A DNA stretch of 64,000 bases from Paraspadella gotoi (Eukaryota; Animalia; Chaetognatha). Shown piece after piece: positions 13,987 through 26,850 of this stretch. Position numbers and translations under genes: made by a program. The notes under the pieces were generated by a model. That model was not told where the DNA came from. It made no database searches and saw only the letters and a program-made list of their open reading frames with translations. The first letter of the stretch is position 1, and each line of letters begins with the position of its first letter. The stretch covers positions 26,462,338-26,526,337 of the forward strand of contig CM119265.1 of the NCBI GenBank assembly GCA_051294375.1, in the 5' to 3' direction.

Positions 13987-14483
13987 AGCGGTCGTTAAGA
14001 TAAGGACGCTAGTGATTTTATCAGATGGAGAGTAATTTTGTGAAAGAGTGAGAATCAAGGAGAAAGAAAGAAAAGAAATAAAAGGGAAGGGAGAGATTTT
14101 AAAGACTTTGTCACTAGTTCTATCATTTACGTTACAAATACTACTTTTGTTAAAACTTCAAAAGAAAACTTTGTCTTTTTTGAATGCTCAGTGTAATAGC
14201 ACCAATCTCGTTGACGTCTATCGGTTCAAGTTATTCTCAAAATGGTGTCACCAAGCCAAAGCTTGTCCCCCCATTTCTAATCTCATCCCTTTTCTTTCAA
14301 TTTAATCCTCCCTTCCCCACCCCTTTCCTATTTCCTCACCCCTTCCCTCACCTTTCTCCCCCCTTCCTTTCCCCTCTCCCTTCCCCACCCACCCCTTCCT
14401 CCTTCTCTCCCCCCTTCCCTTCCCCCTTCTTTGCCCCTTCCTTGCCCCCCCCCCTCCCCCCTTCCCACCCTCAGACTCTCTAC

Positions 14484-15170
14484 CTTCTCTTTTTCTTCCC
14501 CCGCCGCAACCAATCTCCGCCCTTTGGTCACAAGAGTTTTTTCCAGAATCACAGGTCGACGTTTTGTGTCCATCGCCGCAACCCGTCTTGGAAGACTCTT
14601 TGCAACAGGAGAGTTTGACAACCTCCTTGCCGCAACTTCTTTTGGCAGGCTCCTCTCCGCAACTCGGCTTGACGGCCTCCTTGCAGCACGACAGTTTCGC
14701 AACCTCCTTGCCGCAACTTCTTTTGGCAGGCTCCTCTCCGCAACCCGTCTTGGATGTCTCTTTGCAGCAAGAGAGTTTCACAGCCTCCTTGCCGCAACTT
14801 CTTTTGACAGGCTCTTCGCCGCAACTCGGCTTGACGGCCTCCTTGCAGCACGACATTTTAACAACCTCCTTGCCGCAGTTTTTCCTGGCGGCATCGTCGC
14901 CGCAACCTTTCTTGGCTGCAGCTACACAGCACGACAGTTTGGCAAAGTCCTTGCCGCAACCTTGTTGACCGGCGTCCTGACCGCACTGTCTTCTGGCGGC
15001 CTCCTTGCAGCACGAAAGTTTCGCCAAGTCTTTGCCGCAATCTTTTTCTCCGACGTCTCTGCCGCAACCTGAGTTTGCGGTAGCCTTGCAGCATTTTCTC
15101 TCTGCGGCCAAAGCTTCGACGTCGGAACGTAGGATCGAGGTGATGTGGGACGAGTCGGGCTGACGGAAGT
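14484..15170 (-). CDS. Cys-rich tandem-repeat exon (about 7 x 27 aa, consensus CGKEVVKLSCCKEAVKPSCGEEPAKRS)
   Basis: 687-nt open exon; ctccaccag acceptor, AG|gtagag donor; phase 1 to 1. Repeat units differ at synonymous sites in this frame (CTC/CTG, TCC/TCG/TCT, TGT/TGC, AAA/AAG). Confidence 0.8.
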
Positions 15171-15675
15171 CTGGTGGAGGGAGAGATTGTTCCTTCGTTC
15201 GTTTGTGCGTTCGTTCGTTCATTCGTTTGCTCGTTAGTTCATTTGTTCGTTTGTTCGTTCGTTCTTTTGATCGTTTGTTCGTTCGTTCATTTGTTCATTC
15301 ATTTGCTCGTTCGTTCGTTAGTTCCTTAATTTGTTTGTTTGTTGGTTTGTTTGCTCGTTCGTTCATTTGTTCGTTCGTTCTTTCGATCGTTTTTTCCTTC
15401 CTTCGTTTGTTCATTATTTTCTTGTTCATTCCTTAGTTCCTTAATTTGTTTGTTTTTTCGTTCGTTCATTTGTTCATTCGTTCATTCGTTTGCTCGTTCG
15501 TTCATTTTTTGTTTTTTCGTTCGTCCTTTCGATCGTTTGTTCGTTCATTCGTTTGTTCGTTTGTTCATTCGTTCCTTAATGTGTTTGTTTGTTTGTTTGT
15601 TTTTTGTTTGTTTGTTTTTTCGTTCGTTCGTTCGTTCGTTAGTTTCTTTCCCTTCCCCCCCCTTTTAAACTCCAC

Positions 15676-15829
15676 CTGGCGGGATGTAGAACCTTCTGTC
15701 CAATTTGCTCATCCCATGAAATCCCGTCATCGGCAACTCGTCCCCGAAAAATTGCTGCTGCGCGCATTGCTGCTGCAGGAGGCATCGCTGCTGCTCCGCT
15801 TCTTCGGTCCTCCGTCGCTGCAGCTGTTG
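15676..15829 (-). CDS. Cys-repeat gene upstream exon (ending ...MTGFHGMSKLDRRFYIPP)
   Basis: Pyrimidine tract + cgcag acceptor; CAG|gtggag donor in phase 1 matches the repeat exon. Frame of the 5' half is uncertain. Confidence 0.6.
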
Positions 15830-16471
15830 CTGCGGTCGGTGAGGTAAGGTAAGCGTGGAAGGTGAGGAGAAGCGAAGAAAAAGGTGAGGCCATTTTGGAA
15901 TCATCGAATGGCGCGGACGAAAACGGCTCAGATTTCTCTTAATTATTTACACAGTTATTAAAATATCCGAGGAGTAATCCTTAATAAATGATTAATTCTA
16001 CTTATTTTTATTATTTTCACAAAATATTCAAAATATGCAAAAACCGAATCGAATTTTAAATTCTATTTAAATTCAATATTATTTATTTTTATCGCTTAAA
16101 TTCACTCGGATATCGCGAGTAAAAATAGCCATAAAAATATTGACCGAAAAGTATGGAAAGCGCGACATGAGGCAAAATATCTTTCACACTTTATTTATTT
16201 TTATCTTATATTGAAATATTCATTAATCTTTAATTAAAGTTTTTAATTCCCAACCTGAGGCAGAGAATATTGACATCCAAATCGATCGTCGCTGAAGAGA
16301 AAAAATAAAATTTAATACAGAAAACGTTAATACGAAATAAAGCATCGCCTATAAAAATATTGATTACTATAAAGTGACCGCATAAATCAGTAAGACGGGC
16401 AAACTGAAAAGCTCTTCTCTCTGATGTCGCCAGTTGCAATTGCGAAAAAAAAGAGAAGGAGAATTGCGTTA

Positions 16472-16522
<51 letters not shown>

Positions 16523-16581
16523 TTCAATTGAAAATAATGTTGACAGAAATATCGGTTTATGGATTTCATCAATATCTTAAT

Positions 16582-16633
<52 letters not shown>

Positions 16634-16635
16634 AC

Positions 16636-16703
16636 GCTGGCAGAAATACGGGCGGTTTCTCCTGCGTCCATCTCGGTGGATAATCGTGAGGCGGTGGTTG
16701 CAC
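16636..16703 (-). CDS. Probable exon 2 of Cys-repeat gene (VQPPPHDYPPRWTQEKPPVFLP)
   Basis: ttttccag acceptor and gtgaga donor around a GC-rich 68-nt island; phase link to the next exon is unresolved. Confidence 0.5.
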
Positions 16704-16791
16704 CTGGAAAATCAATTAATCTTAGGAGCTAATCAATCAATCAATTTATTCCTAATTATTTTTTACCTGAGAGAAAGAAAAGATTGTGTGT

Positions 16792-16884
<93 letters not shown>

Positions 16885-16910
16885 CGATCGATCGATCGAT
16901 CGAATTTCAC

Positions 16911-16991
16911 CTCGAAATCGCAGATTTGCTGCCTTTTGCCGTTACCAATTCCCCAAGGCATGCACCTTCCGTGGGAATATGGATACTCCAT
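16911..16991 (-). CDS. Probable first coding exon of Cys-repeat gene (MEYPYSHGRCMPWGIGNGKRQQICDFE)
   Basis: AAAAATGG start context, 27 codons, GAG|gtgaaa donor, phase 0. Confidence 0.5.
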
Positions 16992-17264
16992 TTTTAGTGT
17001 AAAAAAAATAACTCAAAAATTAAAGAATAAAAAACCAAATTAAAAATGATAAATGTTTAAATAAAAAATGATGAAAAAAAAAAACAAAAAAAAGTTTAGT
17101 GGAGTCTTGTCTTTTCTCTCTACGCCTCCGTTTTAAGGTTGTGTTGCTTTTTTCGGAAAATGCGTAGAGAAACAAGAAAGGAAATATCCAAGATATCGTG
17201 TCGCTGGAATATCGATCGGACTTGGGTGAGACGAAAGTTGATCTATCGCCAAAAAATGTGGGGG

Positions 17265-17381
<117 letters not shown>

Positions 17382-17954
17382 AAACTTTTTTTGCTTTTTT
17401 CTTAAGTATTTGTTAACCGATAACATGGACGCCCGCGGAATAACACTTTTTTATAAGCAATGTATTTTCTCTTGTGTCATTTTTTTTTGTCAACATTCTA
17501 CACTTTATAGAAACTACAGGCAACAGTCAATAGAAAAACTTTTTTTTGAAAATTCTTAATAGTCCATAACATTGCCACAAGGAGCAATGCTAGGCAATGC
17601 CACAAAGTTACTAACTGCGTCCGATAATGTAGATATTACCGTTTTTCCCAAAGTAACAACTTAGCTTATCGCAGTCGACTTCTTTAATCATATCTCGCTA
17701 CCACATTAGATTTTACAATTTTATTTTTTAAATTCACAATATTACAATTGCACAAGTTTAACTTTCTGTTCCCTACTCTGTCTCTCTCTTTCTCAACCAA
17801 TTTTTTTTCTCCTTAAGATTTAAAAGGTGAGTTTTTTCTCTTTTGTCGAAAAACTCGAATTTCGCCGCAAACTTTTGAACTCCCATAAATCCTTTCCCTC
17901 CCCGTATTCATTCTTGTCAGACTCTCTCTCTCTCTCACTCTCTCTCTCTCTCTC

Positions 17955-18054
<100 letters not shown>

Positions 18055-18089
18055 TTTTTTTTTCTCTCACTCTCTCTCTCTCTCTCTCT

Positions 18090-18129
<40 letters not shown>

Positions 18130-19228
18130 GATCCAAGGGACCAAAAGTCTCTAAGCGTCAGTGGCCACGCCCAAAGCCCGATCGAAATTTTCGTTGTTGT
18201 TGTTGTTGTTGTTTTTGTTGTTGTTGGTGTTGTTGTCGTTTGTACGATCGGTTCGTCTAAATGGTGTTATTGGTTGGTTTCATAGATTTATTATTAGACA
18301 CATTTATTGGTTTTATTGATGAGTTTTATTGATTGGTTTCATTTTTAGTTTCACTTATTGGTTTCATTGATTGGTTTCCTTATTGGTTTTCCTTGATTAT
18401 TTTTATTTATTGCTTTCAATGATTGTCTTTATTGATTGGTTTCATCATTGGATTCCTCAAAAAAACAACTAAGACATTCTGGGCAACAGAGAGATGTGAA
18501 TTGAAAATGAATCGAGGAGTGAAACCAATGACAAAACTAACGCCTCATTGTGAAAGTTCCATTCAAATGTCCCATTTTGCTCGATTCTGGTTCGTCCTTC
18601 ACAATCCACATACTGAACCTAAAAAAGCAAAATGAGGTTCACTGTCACTATACAAAATAACGATTGAAGGTTTAACGACAGAGATCTCGAAAACCTGTGT
18701 CCCCTTGTGAACTTGGAATCACGAGAATTCCGTTCACCTTAAAAACAAGTGTCACACGAAATCCGCTCGCTCGTCACCTCGGGTCACGTGATCTCTTGTC
18801 GCGTGAAATTATTTGCAACCGAAAAAAAAACGAGAAAGGTTTTCGGTGACGTTAAAAAGAAAGAAAAAGAACCCAAAAAAAAGGAAGAAAAATAAAGAAA
18901 AAGAAAAGAAAAGAAAAAAAAGAAAAGAAAGCAAGAATAACAGGTGCATCTGACAAAAAGGGAAAAAAATCGCTGGGTTGACAGAAAAAAGGGGAACAAT
19001 AAATCGGAAAGAAGGAAGGGAAAAAAAGTAAGAAAGAAAAACGACTCTGTGGTAGAGAGAGAGAGAAAAAAAAGAAGAAAAAATACAGGGTGGAGAAAAA
19101 TAAGTGATTTTTATTTAAAGAGGAAAATTATATTTATCATCGTGACGATTCTTCAGGATTCAAATTCTGAATAGAAATTCTGAATATAAAATTCAGATCG
19201 AGTCAAATGTTATTTTCGGTTCTTCATC

Positions 19229-19380
19229 TCATATTTCGGTTCTCATTTCCTTGTGGCGAATTTGCTGAGCTTTGTTGACCAACGATTTTACGTTGACGCA
19301 TTTGATCCTTTGACGTTTCGCCTTTTTGTGGAGAAACCAAAGCACGTCATCACCCTCTACGCGATGTGCGCCATATACGC
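19229..19380 (-). CDS. Probable terminal exon of the large-exon gene ((G)VYGAHRVEGDDVLWFLHKKAKRQRIKCVNVKSLVNKAQQIRHKEMRTEI*)
   Basis: ttttttag acceptor; only the phase-1 frame stays open, matching the phase-1 donor at 20681. Confidence 0.5.
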
Positions 19381-19718
19381 CTAAAAAAGCTAGCATCGCC
19401 CTCGGAGCAATCACAACCAATCAGCACTAATCAGCACCCATCACTACCAAACAACGCCAATCACCCCAATTTATGTCAATTATCGCCAATAGGTGCCAAT
19501 CACCACCAATCAGAGTCAATAAATCAGCGACAATCACAACCAAACACGGTTATTCTCAACTAATAACCACCAATCAGAGTCAATCACCGCCAATCACAAC
19601 CAATCAACTTTTGCGTGAATCTTTTCATTCAAATTCGGAAAATCAGAGGCAACGAAATTCGAGCGGAAAATTAGTTTTGACTCCGTCAGTCGAAAAGAAA
19701 AAAAATTGAAAAAACCGA

Positions 19719-19798
<80 letters not shown>

Positions 19799-20680
19799 TC
19801 TCTCTCTCTCTTTCTCCCCCCCCCCAAAAAATCAGGAATTATGGACAACGTTCCAGACGCATCGTTTACCGCGTCAAAAATCGACTTCGTAAAAAAAATC
19901 AGAATGAGGTTTCATTCTACTATGGGTTTTTTATCTTTCAAGATTTATATAGTTTGTTTACAAATAATAATTTCAACACTTTATTCTTAAACATAGCAAT
20001 AATGAACTCATTATTCGATGCAGCTGCCTGAGATCTTGTGTGTTTTGTTTTTCAAGAAATATAAAAACAAATAAAATATTGGTTTTTCTTTGCTTTAAGA
20101 AATATTATTTTTATCTTTTTTATGACGACGACGACGACGACGAAGACGACGACGACAACGAGAAAAACAACAACAACTACAACAACAGCGTCTAACAAAA
20201 AATTCGACACAAAGGAACCATCGACGACAACAACAACGACAATGTTTCGTTTCCATCTCGATAACATTGGTTGCTAAGAGACGAGGGACGCCTCAGCGCG
20301 CGTTTTCGTTGCCACGCCTCCTCGCCACTTCGTACCTAATCCTTTTCTTTTCTTTTCTTTCTTTTCTTTTCTTTTCTTTTCTTTTCTTTTCTTTTCTTTT
20401 CTTTTCTTTTCTTTTCTTTTCTTTTCTTTTCTTTTCTTTTCTTTTCTTTTCTTCTTCCGTCGTCTTTTTTGGTTTTTTCTTTCTTTTTTCTTTTTCTTTC
20501 TTTCTTTTTCTTTCTTTTTTTTACCTTTTTCTTTTCACATCTTCTTCCAGTGTCTCTGTCACCAACATTTTCTTGGAGTAAAACGAGAATTCTGATTGGC
20601 TGAAAAAAGCCAAATAAGCCATAAAAGATGACCAACCGAGATTCAATTTCCACCTCACCCCGTTTCCCCATTTAACTTAC

Positions 20681-21174
20681 CTTCTTGCTGCGACGCCGCG
20701 GCTAAAACGAGCTCCGTTTCGGCTGCACCGTCGTCGTCGTCGTCGTCGTCGTCGTTGTTTGCCTTATTTTTATCATTATCCAATTCGTAATTATCCTTAA
20801 ATTCCGAAAATTTTCGATTTTCTTCTTCGTTATTCTTCGTTTTCATCGTCGTCGTCGCTTTCATCGTCATCTCCCTCTCCATCCCACTTTCCTCTCCCTC
20901 TCCCTCCATCATCGTCTCTCTCTCCATTTCGTCATCGTCTCCCTCTCTATCCGCCCTCGTGAACCCTCCGCTTCTCTCGATTCTCCTTTCCCGGTCGCGA
21001 GACTCAATCGGCCAACAAATTGCTTCCCTGTTTCTCTCATCCTCGTCCGAGGCGGCGGCGGCGGCGGCGGCGGCGGCAGCCTTGGCTTTAGCGTCGTTCC
21101 TCGCCGCAACACTAATGCCACCTGCGACAGAGTTTTCAACTTCCGCCCCTAATCCAACGACGAAGTTGTCGTTA

Positions 21175-21207
<33 letters not shown>

Positions 21208-22398
21208 TCGTCCTTCTCACTTTTGCCACCAGAGGTGACGTGATTGCAGATCGCAGGCGTCGATGCCATTAAAGATGGCGACAAAATAGGGGCGGACGCA
21301 GGAGCCAAAGATGGCAACGGAACCGTAGACGGCATTGGAGCTAAAGATACAACAGCAGCAGCAGATGGCATCAAAGCCGCTGATGGCACCGAAGCCAAAT
21401 ATGCCATTGGACCGGAAGACGGCTTCGGAGCGGCTAATGGCGCCGGCGTCGAATCAACGCCATCTCGCGGAGCCTCGATACAAAATGGCGCCGACGTCTC
21501 GGCCAGCGACTTCGCGGAATCGATCGGCGTCAAAACATTGACGACGCCGGTTGACGCAGAAAAATCGGCGTAGTCTTTCACGGCGCCGCGGAAGTTTGAC
21601 GATGGATCGGCGTCGTCGCTAAGAACGTTGAGATTATTTCCGCCGACGAGACATTTCCTGGCGTCAAATTCGGCGTTATTTCCGGCGTCATTTCCGTCAG
21701 AAAATTTGGGATCATTTCGGGCGTCGTTTCCGGCGTAATTTTTGGAATAAAATCCGGCGTCAATTTCGACGTTATTTCCGGTGTTAAATCTAGTATTATT
21801 TCCGGCGTCAAATCCGGCGTTGGATCTAGCGTCCAATCCGGCGTCAAATCCGGCGTTATTTCCGGCTTTTAGTCCGGCGTCAAATCCGGCGTTATTTCCA
21901 GCGTCAAATCCGACGTCCAGACCGACGTCCAATCCGGCGTTATTTCCGGCGTCCAATCCGGCGTCAAATCCGGCGTCAAATCCGGCGCGGTTTTTCATTT
22001 CTTCCCTTTCGATCTTTTTCGCTTCTGTTTTCTCTTTCGTCTGAGAAAGAGAATCGTTGACGGGATTTCTCAGAAATCCGGGGGGATTTTGCTCCGCTGC
22101 TGCGTCGGCTGCGTCAACTGCGTCTGCTTCTGCTTCATCTGCTTTGGCTGCGTCTGCTCCTGCTGATTCGACTGCGATTGCTCCTGCTGCTTTAGCTTCG
22201 TCTGCTCCTGCTTCATCTGCGACGTCATCTGTTGCCGCTGCTGCTTCGTTTTTGTCTGCTTCTGCTTTATCTGCTTCTGCTGCTCCTGCGTCGTCCGCTG
22301 CTCCTGCTGCTTTGGAACCGAATTCTTCCTTAATTGACTGCGTAGTTCCATTCGTCCTTCCGCCTAAACGTTTTTCCTTTGAGTCGTTCGGCGTTGCT

Positions 22399-22432
<34 letters not shown>

Positions 22433-22693
22433 TTCGTCTTATTTTTTCTCGAACGCTGTTATCAGCATCGCAGTCACGTTCATCGCTGTGACCGCGACAA
22501 TCCTTGCCACGTTTTTCGTCAGCGCTGTCACGGTCTACGCCGTCAAGGTTACGTTCCTCATTGTTCCTGTCACGGTCGACGTCGTTTTCCACGAGATTGA
22601 CGTCGTCGTTGCCAAGGTTACGACTGTTGTTGTTTTCGTTGTTGTTGTCGCATCGACTATCGATCTCCTTTTCGTTTCCGTTGGAATCCTTGA

Positions 22694-22725
<32 letters not shown>

Positions 22726-22809
22726 AGGACGGCGTTACGGTTGATGCGGTCGTCATGGTAACCGTAGTCGCTGTTGGTTTCGTCGTTCGGACGATTTACG
22801 ACGAAAGTT

Positions 22810-22841
<32 letters not shown>

Positions 22842-23068
22842 CTCGGTTTTGTTTTTTACGAATTTAATGTCGGGTCTTTTTTTGTCGGTTTTGACCGACG
22901 ACGATGACGAAGACGAAATGTTATTCGTCGAGATCGTCGTCGGCGTCTTTGTCGTTGTTGTTGTCTTAGATCTCCGCGCGCCTATTGTCGTCGTCGTCGG
23001 CGTCGCTGTCGTCGTCTTCATTGTCGTCATCTTCGTTCCCACCGGCGTCCTCGTCGTCGTCGTCCTCG

Positions 23069-23100
<32 letters not shown>

Positions 23101-23297
23101 GTCTTCTCCGGTTTTTTCCTGGATTTCGTCGTCGGGTTCATTTTCGTCGTCGTCGTCTTCTGTTGTTTCGGTCCGACGCGAGAGGCGCTGGTGACGCCAC
23201 CGGAAATGGGCGTGTCGTCGTTGAACGAAGAGCCACCGGAAATGGGGGCCGCGCGGGTAATGACGCGTCTAGGGGGCGTGACGTCACGGGGAGACGT
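20681..23297 (-). CDS. 2.6-kb internal exon encoding about 872 aa of low-complexity acidic protein (poly-T, poly-D, Ala-rich, xxAG tetrapeptide repeats); unknown product
   Basis: Uninterrupted ORF in an otherwise stop-rich region; acceptor ctttcctcaccgcctag; canonical AG|gtaagt donor; all internal microsatellites are triplets that keep frame. Confidence 0.7.
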
Positions 23298-23353
23298 CTA
23301 GGCGGTGAGGAAAGACGACGCGAGACGTCATTTCCGGTGAGATGAGAGAGAGT

Positions 23354-23406
<53 letters not shown>

Positions 23407-23658
23407 GGAAAGAGAGAGAGAGGAAGGTTCAACGAAAATTTATTATCAGCGCCGATGTAATATTCCTAAATATCCATAAATGTTTCTCTTTTCCAATTGA
23501 TGTTGTTAATGCATCATTGATGTTTAAATTGTTTCCTTGATGTTGTGATAAGCGCCGTTGATGTTGTTAAAAATTTCACGAGTTCCACTTCACCAAAAAC
23601 GATTAAGCGTCTGAAGGGAAAAAAGCGGTTTGATTCAGAGAGATATATTTCATGAGAG

Positions 23659-23796
<138 letters not shown>

Positions 23797-25233
23797 TGAA
23801 AGAAATAAGGAAAAATTTTATAGACGTCGTTAGAAAGACAGCGCAACTTCGAAAAATCACGCAAAGGAAACATCTGGGTGGATCAAAAAAGGAAAGAAGA
23901 AAAAGAAAAAAAAAGAAAAAAAACAGAAGCAAAAAAAGTAAAAGAAGAAAATCGAAAGAAACGAAGAGAAGAAAAAGATAACAAAACAAAAGGGTAAAAT
24001 CATTGAACAACCCAGAAATACAATGAAGAATAAAATAAAAAAAATGTAAAGAAATATAAAATGAAATTGACTTTTGACGAAACCGAAGTCTCATAACGAA
24101 AAACATCAAAATCGTTCGAGAAATGTTTGGCGGCAAATGTGTTCCATCACATTGGCCCGATTCCATTAAGGCCATTCTATCTCGAATGAGACACCGATGC
24201 CAGATGGATAATTGTGAAATGACAATTGAAGTTAGAATATTATCATGACCTGTCATATCATATCATTCCATCTCATTAAAATCAGGATCTCAAACAAAAG
24301 ATTTCATCGATTTCATTCGGGAAAGAATTCTGGCTGCCTTAGAAACTTCAGTGTCTCTTTGACAATTTCGATTTTAAAACCGATTTTTCTCTTAGTCCTT
24401 TAATATGAGCTCCATTGAAGTGGCCTCTAGCGGTGAGACGCTAATTAAAATAAAAAACGATGCCTTGTGAAAAATTGAGACCAGAATTTCTTTTTAAGAT
24501 TAAATGAGTCGTTAATCCTGGACGATCGATAAATCATAATATATAAGAGAGATTTCTTAAAAATATTTAGGAAAGTATTTTATCACAACAGAGTTAGCCT
24601 AGAAAAAAAGGAAAATAAAAAAGATACGTAATAGAGGGATACCATTAAATGTCTGCAGTAAGTTAGCAAACTTTTAAATTCTTACATTGTATTTTTCTGT
24701 TCGGCCTATAACTTACGCTTCTTTGTAAGATTGGCTAGCTTTATCTTTTAACATTTTAATTATTATTTAAATTATATTAAAAATATTATTGATAAGTTTC
24801 TAAAGGGCAACAAAGTTTCAAGATGGCGTCGAATAATTTTCCCGCTTCGTTTAAGTTAAACCAAAACATGAAAACCCAAAGAAGAAGTTTTGGAATAGCG
24901 AGACTGGATCGAAGTCTGAACCCTTAAACGGGCCTGCTGATTAAGTGGAGAGCAAGAGAGAGAGAGAGAGAGAGAGAGAGGAGAAGAGAGAGAGAGAGAG
25001 AGAAGAGAGAGAAGAGAAGGAGAGAGAGATAAACAAAAAAGTGGCTGGATTCATTTTTTTTTTCATTGCCCTTCGGATTTTTTTTCCCTTTTTTTGGGCC
25101 AATTCCAAATGCATTCGCTGAATTACCGAGTAAAAGGAGAAAGGTCAGCAAAAAGAAGAGAGTAAGTGCGAGAAGAGAGAGAGAGAGAGAAGCAAGAGAG
25201 GAGAGAGAGGAGAGAAGAGAGAAGCAGAGAAGA

Positions 25234-25266
<33 letters not shown>

Positions 25267-25294
25267 GAAAGAAAAGAAAGAAAAGAAAGAAAAA

Positions 25295-25344
<50 letters not shown>

Positions 25345-25838
25345 AGAAAGACGCGTTGAAAATAGAAACAGATTCGCGAAAGTCGAATTGAAAGAAACGA
25401 TTTTCTTGCGACGAAATTTGACGAAGTATCTAATGTGGAATTAGGACGAGGCAAGGAAGAAAGAGAGTAAGTGAGAGAGAGGAGAGAGAGAGAGAGAGAG
25501 AGGGAGGGAGAGAGAGAGAGTTATTGAGGAAGTACTTTACATGTAAACGAGTGAGTTTTTAAAAATCATAAGTGATTCAGTTTAAAATATAAAAGTTAAT
25601 GTGAGAAAGAATAAAAACTTAAAAGTGAGTGAGCGATCGACTTAGCAGCTCGAAATCACCGTGAAAGCGTGAGAGTCAAACGTGAAAAAAAGGACCAAAG
25701 AACGCGTGAGACTCTTAGCGAGTCACAACAGCTTAAACTGTTCGTCCCCTTCCTGCTCTCATTGCTTTTACGCCCCCCCTTCCTCCGCTTAAAGAGAAAA
25801 AACCGCCGCAGGTTCAATTAACCTTTGACCTTCCGTTT

Positions 25839-25902
<64 letters not shown>

Positions 25903-26086
25903 TCCTTTCTTTCCTCTTGGCTCTTTCTTTTATTCCTCTCTTTTCTTTTTCTCTTCTTCTTCTCTGCACTTACCTCCACTCACTCACCCTCGTCCCAGCC
26001 TCTCGAGTCTCGACTGGTCAAACCAAGCAATAAAGACGACGAGAGAGAGAAGAGAGGAGAAAGATATGACGAAGCAGGAGCAGAAC

Positions 26087-26117
<31 letters not shown>

Positions 26118-26811
26118 GGAAAAGAAAAAAAGGAAAGAAACAATAAAAAGAGAAAAAAGTTAAATCTTAATTAAAAAAAAAGGAAAAAGGATAAATAGTA
26201 AAAAAAGGTAGAAAAAAATATTACCTAAGAATAATCATAATGTATTTAAAAATTTTAAAAATTAAAATTTACAAATGAAAAAAAAAAGGCGCGAATATAA
26301 AGTAGAAAACTTTGTAGAAATTTAGGCTCATTTTAAAATTCTTATCTTCTTTTGTAAACGGAAAAAAACTCAAACAAAACTTTAAAAAAAAGTAAAAATA
26401 ATAAAACAAATTTATAAAATGAAAAAAATATACAGAAGAAAAAAGCAAAATATTTGATTTAATATATTGATAAGAATATACTAATAAGAAAAACAGAAGC
26501 AATGAAGTTTTATTTTATAAAAATTGTATAAATTAAAAACTAAATGAAGTTTTAAAAAACTAAGCGAATTTAATTTCCAAGATTTCCCTACTTTTTTCCC
26601 CCTTAAATCGATTTTCGTCTCCCGGAAAATTTAAGAGATTGGGGTCAGTCCTTTGGGAGGAAAGATTACGAGAAAGAAATGAGGATTAGAAGTGGGGGGA
26701 GCGAGGGGGGGAAGATTAAGTGGAGCGAGAATTAAGGGCGCAGGATTAAGTGGAGCGAGGGAAAAAGAAGAAAATGGATTTAGGAAATAAAATCATTCGA
26801 TATTAGAGAGA

Positions 26812-26850
<39 letters not shown>

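Noticed and set aside
14431-15094. Antisense (LLAATSFGR) and Arg-rich alternative-frame ORFs over the Cys repeat
   Set aside because: Shadow frames; synonymous variation and splice phases favour the Cys frame.
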